A DNA stretch of 64,000 bases from the human T2T-CHM13v2.0 reference genome, Homo sapiens, in assembly GCF_009914755.1 (NCBI RefSeq), contig NC_060932.1. One strand, given 5' to 3'. The notes under the pieces are model-generated. The model was given only the letters and a program-made list of their open reading frames with translations. It ran no database searches and was not told the origin of the DNA. Of this stretch, positions 14,810 to 28,130 are shown piece by piece; positions within the stretch are counted from its first letter, which is position 1, and every line of letters begins with the position of its first letter. The position numbers and the translations under genes were made by a program.

Positions 14810-16855
14810 CTAAAAAGCTTACATAAAATTTAATGCAACACAAAATTTACTATCTTAACCATTTTCGTTGTACAGTTCAGTGGTACATCACATTGTACAT
14901 TCACATTGTTATGCAGCCATCACCACCATCCATCTCTAAAACTCTTTTCATCTTGCAAAATTGAAATTCTACTCCTCCAACATAACTCCTCATTCCTGAC
15001 TCCACCCAGCTCCTAACAACTACCATTTCACCTTCTGTCTCTATGAATTTGACTCTTCTAGATACTTCCTGTAAGTAGAATCATATAGTATTTGTCTTTT
15101 TTCCAACTGGCTTATTTCACTTAGCATAATGTCCTCAAGTTTCAACCATGTAATAGCATGTGTCAGAGTTTCCTTCTTTTTAAGGCTTAATAATATTCCT
15201 TTGTCTATATACACCACGTTGTGCTTATCCATTCATCTACTGATGGACACCTGGGTTGCTTTCCCTTTTTAGCTTTTGGTTATTATGCTGGTACAATGCT
15301 GGTATATGGGTGTACAAGCTTCTTTTTGAGACCCTGCTTTCAATTCCTTTGGGTACATACTCACAAGTAGGATTTCTGGATCACATGGTAATTCTATTGT
15401 TAATTTTCTCAGGAACTTTTATACTCTTTTTCATAGCAGCTTCACCATTTTACACTCCCACCAATAGTGCACAAAGCTTCTAATTTCTACACATCCTAGC
15501 CAACACTTATCATTTTCTCTTGTTGTTTTTTTTTTTTTTCATAGTCGCCATCCTAATGGGTGTGAGGTGTGTGAAGTGGTATCTCATTGTGGTTTTGATT
15601 TACATTTCCCTAATGATTAGTGATGCTGAGCATCTTTCAGGTGTGCTTATTGGCTAGTTGTATATCTTCTTTGGAGAAATGTCTATTCAAGTCCTTTGCC
15701 CATTTTTTAATTGAGTTGTTTGGTTTTTTGTTGTTGAGCTGTAGGAGTTCTTTACAGATTCTGGCTATTAACCCCTTACCAGAGATATGGTTTGTAAATA
15801 CATCCTCTGATTTCATAAGTTGCCTTTTTACTCTGCTGATTGTGTCCTTTGATTCACAGAAATTTGTAATTTTGGTGTAGTCAAAGTTATTTTTTCTTTT
15901 TTTGGCCATGCTTTTGATGTCATATCTAAGAAATCATTGACAAATCTAATGTCATGAAGCTTTTCCCATATATTTTCTTCTAAGGGTTTTATAGTTTTAA
16001 CTCTTACATTAGGTCTTTGATCCATTTTGAGTTAATTTTTCTATATGGCATAAGGTTAGGATCCAACTTCATTCTTTTGCATGTGGATATCCAGTTTGCC
16101 TAATAACATTTATTGAAAAGACCGTTCTTTCCCCATTGAATGGTCTTGATACCCTTGTCAAAAATCATTTGACCATATATGCAAGGGCTTATTTCTGGGT
16201 TCTGTATTCTATTCCATTGGTCTGTATGTCTTTATGCCAGTACTATACTGTTTTGATTACTGTGGCTTTGTAAGAAGTTTTGAAATCAGGAAATGTCAGA
16301 TATCTGTTCTTTTTCAAGATTCTTTTGGATGTTTGGAGTTTCTTGAGATTTCATGTGAATTTCAGGATGAATTTTTCTCTCTTCAGTTTTGATAGGGATT
16401 GTATTACTCTGCAGCTCACTTTGAGTAGCATTAACATCTTAATTACTGTTAAGTCTTCAATCCATGAATAAGGGATATTCCTCATTTATTTGTGTCTTCT
16501 TTAATTTCTTTCATCAATGTTTCATAGTTTTCAGTGTATAAGTAGTCTTTTTCCTCCTTGGTTAATTTATCCCTAAGTATTTTTTTGATGCTATTGTAAA
16601 TGTAATTGTTTTCTTGATTTCCTTTTCAGATATTCGCTGTTAGTATATATAAATGCAACTGCTTTTTTGTATGTTGGTTTTGAATCCTTCAACTTTGCTG
16701 AATTTGTTTATTAGTTCTAACAGTTTTTTGATGGAATCTTCAGACTTTTCTACATGTAAGACCCATGTCATCTGCAAATAGAGATCATTTTACTTCTTCC
16801 TATCCAATCTGGATGCCTTTTATATCTTTTTCTTGACTAATTTCTCTGGCTTCAA
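14810..16855 (-). mobile_element. L1MA/L1MB 3' 2 kb (ORF2 C-terminus and 3' UTR)
   Basis: Antisense ORFs give L1 ORF2 peptides ([22 protein letters not shown]; KTIKPLEENIWEKLHDI). Confidence 0.92.
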
Positions 16856-17929
16856 TAATTCTGAATATTTTAGAAGAAAAATAACCTTTTGGAAAGCATA
16901 AAAATGTACAAAAATGTTTTTAATTGTTTACACTCACTTTAATTTATATTTCTATTAAATATGTTCAAAATTTTCTACATTAGAATTCAAATACTTTTTA
17001 ATCTTTTAGAGCATTATTTTAAACAGACTACAGCTATATAATTATAAATTTATAATGACATAGAATATAATTGTGTTCTGGATTATAAGACCACAATTCA
17101 TGATTTTGCTGAAAAGAAGGCAAGAAAAATAAATTTTATAGAATACATATGTAATAATTTGTGAATTATGTGTGTCTTTATTATTCATCCAAACATTACT
17201 AGCCCATCAATAGAATATCAGACATGGGCAATAATGATTAAATTCAACTATCTTTGGTATTTTTTTGACTTTTAGTCATTATGAGTGTGTATTTGTCAAA
17301 GTACTTAGTTTAACAGTTTGTTAGTCTTCATGTATAACTTTTAAATATTTAGGTATATTTAAAAGTTTCTCTGTAACAGTCAAGAATCCCAGAAATAGCC
17401 AGTTTGGGCTGATCTGTAGCTCAATGCTCTCCTTGCCAGAGTCCCACCAACATGAGGGACAGGCTTGGGTTTGCAAGTACACTCTTACAGTACGTTTCTC
17501 ATTTACAGAAGTTATTCTGATGGGATAACTGCCCCCTCAACATTGCAGCCAGGATGGTGTTTATGTGTTACAAATCTGTCCATGCACTCCCCTACTTGGA
17601 GCCCTTTGGTAGCTCCCCTTCCCACTTGGGATGAGTTCATGATATCAGCCTTTTCCTTTCTAGATTCACTTTATACTGCTCCTCCTCTCTTCAGCCAACT
17701 CAGACCATGTTGGCTTTTTACCAGTTTTTCCAACATTTCCCCTCCTGTCCCAAGACCTTTGGCCATGTGGTTCCCTCTCCCCATAATGCTGTCCCTTTAC
17801 CCCTTCCTTTGCCTAGCTTACTCCTGCCTATCCATGGAACTCATCTCCAAGGTCTCTCTCTCTGGGAAGCCTCCTTTGAATCTTTCCACGAGATAGATAT
17901 CAATAATAGCAAAAATAATTATTATGCTG

Positions 17930-18510
17930 GTCATGTGTAAAAGCTAACACTGACTGTTTGCTGTACAATGAAGTAGTACGCACTTCATGTGTATTAACTC
18001 TTTTAATTCTGGCAAAAGTCTCCCCTCCAATTTTATAAATTAGTAAGTTAAGACTTAGACCTAAGTTAAGTCACTTGCCCAGGGTCACATTGTTAATTAG
18101 AGGTGGGGCCAAGATTTTAATCAAGACTGTCTAACTCCCAAGCTTATATACTTAGTCACAGTGCCATATTGGTTTTCTCTGGCAAGGGTCCTCATTCATA
18201 ATCTGGTCATTCATCCCAAATGTTCATTAAGTTTCTACCATGTACAGGCACTGTGAGGCACTGGGAGTATGGTGTTGAGCAGCAAAGTAGATAAGGTCCC
18301 TGCACTCAAGGAACTTTGTTCTAGTGGGGGAAGAAAGACCACAAAAAGTAAAAATAATCAAATAAACAAACAAGATTATTCCCATGGTGGAGCTGGACAG
18401 GTTCTGTGGTAGAGAGTAAGTAGGGGAAACTTACTATTGACAGAATAGATGCAGGTGGTCTCTCTAAATAGGGGTCGTTTGAGCTGAGTCCTCAAGGATG
18501 ATGAAGTAGA
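17930..18510. mobile_element. MIR followed by an L2 fragment
   Basis: aagtcacttgcccagggtcaca (MIR); ggtccctgcactcaaggaactttgttctagtgggg (L2). Confidence 0.6.
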
Positions 18511-19714
18511 GGGAGATTATTGTTTTTCAAAAAATTACCCTTTTTATGGTAATAGAGGCCCTAAATTTTAGCTGGAGTAAAGATATTATATTCCCCTGCC
18601 CCAGTTTGTAATCAGGTGTAGCCACGTGGGTCATTCCTGGAAGTGGTATGAAAAACTTCCAGGAGTTTTCCTTAAGAAGAGCTAAAGGAATGGGAGTGCT
18701 CTCCTCCTCCCCATCTTCCTTCTTGCTAGAAAGTTGTAGCATCAGCAGCAGATTTAGACTATGAAGTGAACTTGGGAATGGGAGTCACACATAGCAGAAA
18801 CAAACAGAAAGAAGTGTAGGTCCCTGATACTCTGAAATACCACACCAGCTCTGGACTGACTACCTCAGATAAACTTTATTAAAAGAGTGCTTCCTACTGC
18901 AAGACGACTTCTTTATCCTTCTGAAGATTTAATGCTGCCACTTGTGAAGTGTAGGGAATAAGCATCATGCACAAGCTTTCACTCACAGTAGTGATAAATT
19001 AAACATCCTCAGAAAGTCATTATAGACCCCCTTTAGTTGCCTCTGACTCCCAATCACAGGAAATGGCTGGGTTCTCTTTCTCTCTGGAATGTGTTTGGAA
19101 GGTGTTTGGCATGCTGGGAGGGCTACTCGATCAGATGGCACCTGCCAAACTAACATAGATAAAAACCTCCACAAAGTAGATCTCTGAGAAGCGCCTCCAT
19201 GACATATTAGTGATTTCACAAACACATTCGAATGCTCAGATAAATCTTTTGATGTCCCTGATCTTTGCACCTCCAGATGGTGGTTGAACAAACAGAAATC
19301 GGTCTTCTTTGAAACCCTTCAAAGCAGTGAAATTGCCTAAATCAGTCTGTTGACTATTCTTTGACTTCCAAAGGTCAGGAAGGCTTTCTGTTTGTTCATC
19401 TTTCCAAAGACACGTTCACATTCTCTTCTAGGTACCTCTGTTCTGGGAAATTTAAATCCATAACTGATCTGTTTGATATACAACTTTAAATTCCACATGA
19501 AGACTTGGCTAGTTTTTCTAAAGACCGAACATGATTATTTTCAAAACAGTTGTACAAATATTCTATTAAGAAATGGTAAACTGAACTTATCAGCATGGAG
19601 GTAAATAATTAAGAGGAGAAACTGATTGTTTTACCAACATATTTAAAGCTCATGAAATCACAAATGTGTCATTGTCATTTACTAGAATATTCTGTGTAAA
19701 ATCCAATGTGCTGA

Positions 19715-20106
<392 letters not shown>

Positions 20107-20599
20107 TGTACTTGTTTTTCAACAATTGTGAACTAAATAATCAGCTCTTGAGGATGACTCTCACCAGGTAGAAAACACCATGAAAATTACCATGTGCAGA
20201 GATGAACTAAGAGGCTGATACTTTACGGTTTTCTCTGTCATTATGACCCTCGTAATCAGGACTCTATAGGTAAGAGACAAAATACATTTAAACTAACTCC
20301 ATAAGAAAGAGGAGATACTGAGGTATCACGTGAACTCAAGGTCTCGGATATAGTGAGGCTGAGGCTTCAGGAATTGAACTGGAGACTGCTGCCTGCTCAG
20401 CAGTGCTTTTCGACCTGCTTCACCTCACAAATATTACATAAAATGATGATATTCCTATGGCTCATGGGGATAAAATAATGAGACTGCTCCAATGCAATCG
20501 AAAGTGACTTACTCCTTGTCATACTGATCAGCCAACCAGATTCCAGATAAAGCCGTTTATTCTCCCAGTTCCCAAGCTCTCAGGAAAGCCATGGCAGAT

Positions 20600-20800
20600 A
20601 TTTATGGAGACCCTGTTGTGTGGCAAGCACTGTTTTAAGCACTATACCTGCATTTCATCACTCAACAAATCCTCACACAATCCTTTAAGTCAGCTATTAT
20701 ATTTTTCCATTTTATAGATAAGAAACCTCAATTACTTAGGGGCTAAGCAATGTGCCCAAAGTTGTGGGACTAGTGATGGAGACTGAATTTGAATCAGTTA
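20600..20800 (-). mobile_element. MIR SINE
   Basis: ccattttatagataagaaac...tgcccaaagt core. Confidence 0.6.
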
Positions 20801-21699
20801 GGCTCCTGTTTCCCCTTAACCCTCAGTTTCAGTGCCCCAGCAATGGAAAGTAATAAAGCTTTCTATAACAGGGAGGGAACTGATTGGCTGAGCTTGAGTT
20901 AGGTGCCCACTCCTTGACCAATCAGCCATGAGAAGGGGATGGTCTCACACTGTAGATGGCAACTAGGTGCTCCTGCTAAGCTCTGTGGAAGTGGATAGGG
21001 ACAAGTCCTAGCAAAAGAGTGCTTAACGGTCACTCATAGGGGTCCTCTTCTTTCTCTCCCTCCTGAGTCCCTCAGGGACTAAGGTTGACTTAATCATTCT
21101 CATCAGTTCACAGCAAGCTGTCATTCCAATGCATCTCTTGCTTTATTTCATCCTATTTCTATTTTCCATTCCCATTCTCCTCCCAACCCCAAAGGCAACC
21201 ATCCTACTTTGTTTGATAGGAATCATTTTATTTTTATGTGTTCTTACATAATGTGTCAATATATATTGTTTTGTGTGCATACATTATTCATTTACATACA
21301 TGACACTGGGCTACAGGTCCTACTGTGTGTCTTCCTTTTGTCACCCGGTGTTATGTTCATAAAATCTATCCGTGTTGCTGTGTGCACGTCCAGCCTATTG
21401 CTTCTGACCACAGCATGGACTCTATGATGCGCCAGCAACACATTTTGCTTTATCCAACACATGTCCTGTTAAATCACGGACTAGTGTGGTCTATGGGCTG
21501 GCAGAGGTGAAAAGATCTCCCTTTTCATGTAGCTTGCCCACCTACTTACAGCGTTGCATCACAGGGTCAAGTGTTTCTCCTCCACTTCACGCAGCTCGGG
21601 AGCCCTCTTGTCTGGAAAGGCTCTTCCCTGCTGGTGCCTCCAGGCTGGGCTGGTTGTTGCTCCTCTATGCTCCCGAGGTCCTCAGTGCCTGCCTTTATC

Positions 21700-21930
21700 A
21701 GAACAGAGGCCACAGCGCACCTTGGTTAAATGTACAGTCTCTGGGACCAGACTGCCTGGACTCACAACTCTGGCTCCGCCATTTACAGGTGAGTCACATA
21801 ACCTCTCGGTGCCCCCACTTCCTTGCCTGCAAAGTATCATTTACCACAACTACTCATTGGATTGGTGTGAGGGTTCAATGAGAAAAATCTATGAGAAGTG
21901 CTAAGAATAGTACCCGCCATCAATTAAATT
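21700..21930 (+). mobile_element. MIR SINE
   Basis: ccagactgcctggactc...ctggctccgccatttac...acctctcggtgcccc. Confidence 0.65.
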
Positions 21931-24799
21931 CTATTTGTGCCTATAAAAATAACATTTGTTGTATGTAATGAAATTGTGTTTACTTGTGTGTCTCCACCAT
22001 CAGGCTAAGACATCCTCAAGTCTAAGGACCTTGGTGTTTTCATCCCAGAGCCCCACACCTTGCAAGTGTCCAGAGCATAGTCATTGGATGATGCTGTTTC
22101 CCACTTACCCTCTGGTTTGACATGGCTGCAGGATTGGCATATGGAAACTGACTGGGTTGAGAAGAGACTCAAATAGGGACAGACTGGAGATGTAGGCTTA
22201 GAAAGGAGAGATTTCCTGAAGCTTTAATGCTGTGCAATAGAAATATACAGCATCAACTTCCTTATACAACTAGGCGGGTCAGCAGGTCACCTGTGGCGGA
22301 CCCAGGGAGGATGTCCTCACACCGAACAGGTGAGCTTGGCTCGGAGCATGGCCAGGAGCCAGCCCATAGCCACATGCCACCACTTTCTGGCCTTCACTGT
22401 GTTTGCCTTAGTGTCCTCGTCTGTAAAACAGGACTAATGGCATCTACCTCACAAGGCTGATGTTAGAACTTTGTGAGGAAACAGTTTTCAAAAGCTTAGA
22501 ACAGTGTCTGGCATGTCCTCAATTGGCAAGAAATGTCAGCTCCTCTTGGTGTGATGATCACCAAACCCACTTTTTTTTACAAACAGAGTGGGGAGACACC
22601 ACGTCATTTTCATTCTTGTTTCAGGATCTTGGGAATTTCTGTTTGTCCATTTATGCATTTGTTTTTGTCTTTATTTATTTATTTAGAGTTCTGGTGGAGA
22701 TAATTTGTTAGCAGGTTTTCTGTTGGAAGGTGCAAGCCTTCTTCCCTAGCCTCAATAAGTGTGTCCCTGTAGGCAGAGGGGGGCAATATAGCTTCTCAAT
22801 CTTCGAAGACTTCCTAAGGACAACATCACTCTCAGGTTGGAAATTCTCCGAAATCCCAGCTTCCAGCAACCCACAGTCAAGTATTCCTAGGGATATGAGA
22901 GGGTTTTGTTCGCAGTCACAGAACACGTATAAATGGGGATAAACTCAAATGGTTTGTTGTTTTGGTTAAAGTCAATAAAAGGGAAGAAGAACAAGGAAAT
23001 CAAATACGGGTCCAGTGGGACCATCCTCAGTGTAATAACAGCCTTTCCCATTAGCTTTCTAAGCAACTTTTAGGCTGCTGATTTGCCGCAGAAAGACTTT
23101 TTAAAAATGCTTTAGTTTCATACATGGAAAGAAGCCCTCAGGGTGAATTGCTGGCTGCCCTACATTAGAGGCCTAGCAGTAAGAACCATTAGCTCTAAAG
23201 AGAGGTTAATTACGAGGAGAACTCCCTGGCCTAAGCTGAGGGAGTTACAGTGATTCCCAGTGAGAGGCTAATCAGGAGGCAGCGTTGGGTGGCAACAGCC
23301 CTCTCCTGGACAAGGGCTTAATGGGAGTGTCTAATACCATTTGCAGTGTTTGGGTTTATGTGGGGACCAGGGGTCCTTTTGTGTTTGGGTTCATTAGCTT
23401 CAGGGATTATTGCCTATGGGGATTCACTAACAAGTAGCAGGGGAAGGCGGGAAGAGGCAAGATGAGCTGGAGAGATTCAGCAAGACCTCTTATTCTATAA
23501 AATTAAGATCTTGATGAAACCCCAGACTTTGTCCAGGGCTGGCTCCTTGGTCTATCTGGATTGGCAAATAGGTGTAGACAACATATTACAGGATCTTACA
23601 CCCCATGTCATCTATTCCAGATGATTCTGCAATCAGCTGTGCCTTAAAACATGTTCATGAAAGCTACTCTTGATTTCCAAGAAACTGCATGAGATTTCGT
23701 TTAGAAGCCCTTGAAAACAAAGTTTGTATTTTGTCAAGAAAAGTTTGTTTAGAGCCAGCAACACAATTTCCAACCCATTCACCACCCTCCACCAACATTC
23801 TGAGGGCAAATAGGAATCCAGGATGTGCAAAATTTAGGAACTTTTCTCCAAAAGAGAAAAGTTTTCTCCAAAAGAGACAAAATATATATAAGCATCAGAT
23901 TCCACAGTTACTAACTGAGCACCTACTATGTGCTTGACACTGTGCAGAGTACTTTGCTTTGCTCCACGATTCCCACAATGCTCATTACTCCACGGGACAG
24001 GGGTATGGTTATCAGTTCTGCAGATGGTGAGACTGAGGCCTACAGACTCACAAAAGGCCACACAATGAGAGCAGAGCCAGCCTCTGTCTTCCAGTCCTTT
24101 AACTTTGGTCATTTTTCCTGTCCTCTGCCCTGCCTCAACAGAATAACCCAAATAGTTACCTGTAATGGAAATTAGAACCATTGTAACAAGTATTCACAAG
24201 TATTTAGCTTAAGGGAAGAAATGTTAAAATGTCTCTCCCTGTGGGTTACTGAGTGTGACACCCCCTGACCTCACCCACCCTCTACAAGTGGGGGCCAGGA
24301 GCCCTGTTGTGTGTTGTTGTTGTTTGTCTTCCCAACTTTGGAGTGAATAAGTATGCAGATAAACCCTGTGACAAATATCAGGTAAATCTGAAGTGGCTGT
24401 GTGTGTTGACATTTCATTTTTATTATGTTTTCAATATCTGCGAAAATTTTCAATAAATAAATTTTTCTTATGACACCTTCAAATTGAATTATATTTTAAG
24501 AATATCTACTTCGCTGTGCTGGCACTGGATGAAATTCTACCATTTTGAACTTCTGCTCTTCATGCCCATGTGACAATTAAGGTAATTATATAACATCTTA
24601 CTGAATGATGATCTTGTCACAGGTTAATAAAAATTAATGTATTTCTATTCTTCACTCTTTAGTTTCTTATCAACATTCAGCTTAAGCATTTTTAGCTTTT
24701 AAATATTGTACATTTGGCAATGTCTATAAGACATTTCCACTTGAGTTCAGCCAAGGCGGTATGCAAATGAGGAGCTGACACTGTTCTGTAAGTCAGCAG

Positions 24800-25050
24800 A
24801 ATGCGGTGGGTAACAGTCTGGTTTCTGGAGCCAGCTTGCCTGAGTTTGGTTCCTGGTATACCATCATTTCTGCTGTTGATCTTGGGCAAGTTACTGCACC
24901 CAGCTCCATCTTATGTTCTCTGTAAAAATAAGATTAAACATGCCCCTGCCCCACTTGGTTCCTGTAAAACCATTATTTATGGAAAGTGTTTAGAACGATG
25001 CCTGGAATATAGTAACTCTATATAACTAATTGCTGTTATTATCATTATGT
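24800..25050 (+). mobile_element. MIR SINE
   Basis: ctggagccagcttgcctgagttt...gatcttgggcaagttact...ctgtaaaaata. Confidence 0.65.
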
Positions 25051-25189
25051 AGGAAAAACAATGAATAAGACCTAAAAAATTTGGAAGGCAGCTACTGGGA
25101 CATCAGGAATCAGGACTTGTGTATGCTGGGCCTCACCACCATGACCTTCCAGAACTGAAGAACTTGCAGTACTAAAGCACTTAATGATT

Positions 25190-25559
25190 ACCTTAGTCCA
25201 TCTGTGCTGCCATCACAAAATGCCACAGATGGAGTAATTGATCAAGAACACAACTTTATTTCTTGCAGTTCTGGAGGCTAGGGAATCCAAAACCAAGCTT
25301 CCTGGCATTGGCGTCTAGTGAGGGCTGCCCTCTGCTTTCAAGGCGGCGCCTTGTTGCTGTGTCTTCACATAGCAGATGGAAGGGCAAGAGGGCTGAACAC
25401 TGTATGAAGCCTCTTTTATAAGGGCCCTAATCTGATTCATTAGATCTCCACTCTCATGACTTAATCACCTCCTAAAGGCCCCCTCTTAACACTGTCACAT
25501 TGGTGATTAAGTTTCAACATATGAATTTTGGAGGGGACACAAACATTCAAGCCATAGCA
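25190..25559 (-). mobile_element. MLT1A/MST-type MaLR solo LTR
   Basis: cttagtccatctgtgctgccatcacaaaatgccacaga...aaacattcaagccatagca. Confidence 0.85.
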
Positions 25560-26139
25560 GTGATATAGTCATGACTCTTCTCCCCTAACTCACCTCTCAG
25601 GCCTGTAATGTTCATGCTTTTTTCAGTCTATTAAATAAATCAGCTCGTAGTTCACAAAATATAGGCAAACAATCTTAAGATGTGAAAGTATAAATAAGTA
25701 GCCACTTAGCAAAAAGTTTGATTCTCGTAGGCAGAATTTATGGGATGTGTTAAGCATAAGATAAGCAGATAGCAAGTAGAACGTGTGTGTTATACCGAGA
25801 TTGAGTAGGATGAAAGGACCGAGAAATAGCTAATATTTATGATGCAGTTGAGTATTAAATATTTGTAACGTACTAGATAGACATTTAGACATAAGGCTAA
25901 ACACCAAGAGGTACCAAATAGACATGAGCATTTTATATACATGATCTCCTAATTTGGCAACCTATTGGCTATATCTTTCTGGTCCAATGTGTCCTCTGCC
26001 TCCAAAAACAAATAGAACTTATGGCTGCTCATCTTGCTAACTGGCAAGCTATAGCTGTCACCAGGCATACTTGTCCTTATATCTCTAGTAGAACAGGGAT
26101 GTGATATCAACCCAGCAAATCCATCCCTATCTATCTATA

Positions 26140-26750
26140 TCAGGGATTCCCAAGGCCACCCTCATATTCAATGATTTTCTGGAAGGACTCACAAAAATCA
26201 GAAAAGCAGTTATACTCATGATTACAGTTGATTATAGCAAAGGCTATAGATGAAACTTGGCAAAGGAAAATACGCAAAGGGTGGAGTCCAGGAAAGACAA
26301 AGTCCAAGCTTCTAGTTGTCCTCTCCCAGTGGGGTTGTATGAACAACACTTAATTCTCCCAGAAATGATGTGTGATACTACATACAAAGTACTGCCAACC
26401 AGGAAGTTTAACCATGCTTTAAACTTGGTGTCCTGGGTTCTTACTGGAGTTTAGCCACATAGGCATAGAGTGCCCATGTAGCTTATCTTAGCTACTCAAA
26501 CCCTAGGCCCCCGCTGCCCCCTAGAGGTCAAACTGATAGCATATGGCCCAAGTCTACCACCTAAATCACATTTTTAGCATAAACTATCTGGTATGGCCCA
26601 GGGCACTGGGCAAACGGTAGCACTCTTATCAGTAAGGATATTCCAAAGGCTCAGGAATTATCTCCCTGAACTAGTCCAAGGGCCAGTCCTTTCTTTGGGA
26701 TGTACAGGTTTGAACACCCCAGACCCACTGAGTTAACCCTTTCCTGCACA
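26140..26750 (-). mobile_element. MER21-family LTR
   Basis: ggaaggactcacaaaaatcagaaaagcagttatactcatg; ends ttaaccctttcctgcaca. Confidence 0.75.
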
Positions 26751-28055
26751 GTGGGGTCCTTCCACTCCACTTGTGTCTGATCCTAAGTGCATTAACTTAC
26801 CCCGTCTCTCTCCTCTTGCGTCTCACTTTGTGTTTTAAATTGACTTAATAACTTTGCTATTTGCAAATTTTAATCTGCCTTTTAATGAGCCCTTCTGGGA
26901 TAGCTTGCTTGATAGTGTATTTGTAGACTATCATTTCAGACTATCATTTCATGTACTTTGAGCTAACTTCTCACCAGACATGTCCAGCCTTCATCATTTG
27001 CTTTACCCACCCATCATTAGGTGGGTAAAGAGAGGTGGTATATTAGTGTGCTTTTCCTGAGCTATGCCATGGAGGCAAACAATACCAATGCTTACAGTGA
27101 CCATGGTTATAAATTAGGAATCTGTACAACCTACCACAGTGGGATAGAGAGGAGGAGAAAGCTAAAAAAGCAGATTTTTGAGAGTATTATTATAGGCTTG
27201 GTCTTGTTCATTGCTTCTGGGCACTGCTGACCACAATTTGCCTACAAGTCACATTTAGTGAATGCCCACTACAGACCAGGCACCATGCTAACCACTCTAG
27301 ATGAATTAGCTTATCCTCACAAAAACCTATGAAGTAGGTATTATTTATATCTTCACCATTTTATAGATGGGTAGATGGAGGTACAAAGGAACTTTGAGCT
27401 TGTGTGCTTTGTCAACAGTGGAGCCAGAATTCAAAGGCTGGTGACAAAGTTCACACTCTTAACCACTCTGCTAGGCTGTTTGGGCTCTCTCATTGGTTTG
27501 TCTCGGCTACCTGGCATACAGTAGACATAACTCTTTTAACTATGAGTGACAGAAACTCAACTCAAAATGACTTAATTGAAAAGGAATACTTAACTCCACA
27601 AGCTTGAAAATTTCCAGAGCTAGAACTGAAACAGTTGGATCCAGGAGCTCAATCAGGAAGTCTGGATTTGACTGCCCTCTTGCCATCTCTCAGTTCTGTC
27701 TCTTCTTATTGGGTCTCACTTTTCTCTCGTGGCTGTTGGCAACTCGAAGCTGACATTCCCAAAGTTTGGCAATCCCAGCTCTATGAGAGACATTCTCTTC
27801 CCCAAGAATTCTAACCACAAACCAAGGAGTTGGAGTGGCTTTGGTTTCCCTAATCAATCCAGTCACTGGGGTAGAGCAGTGGCCTGGTGTGGGTGATGTG
27901 TCCATTCTTGGTGCTAGGTGCTGTGGTCAATCCCACTTGAACCACATGGATTTAACATGAAAGAGAACATTGGCCCAAAGGAAGAGGAAACAGCTCCAGG
28001 CAGGCAAAAATAATCAATCCTCTTATTGGGTTCAGAAAATATATGAATATTGGAA

Positions 28056-28130
28056 GATGGATGAATAGATGGATGGATGGGTGGCTGAGTGGATGAATGG
28101 ATGGATGGATGGATGGATGGATGGGTAGAC
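28056..28130. repeat. (GGAT)n tetranucleotide repeat
   Basis: Read directly; it generates the spurious PSIH-rich ORFs. Confidence 0.95.

Noticed and set aside
18983-19291. Possible exon or transposase remnant in a unique-looking stretch
   Set aside because: No recognisable motif in the frames I examined; a TBLASTX or conservation check would be needed.
24761-24768. Isolated ATGCAAAT octamer (another near 46969)
   Set aside because: A few such 8-mers are expected by chance in 64 kb, and there is no adjacent SOX half-site.
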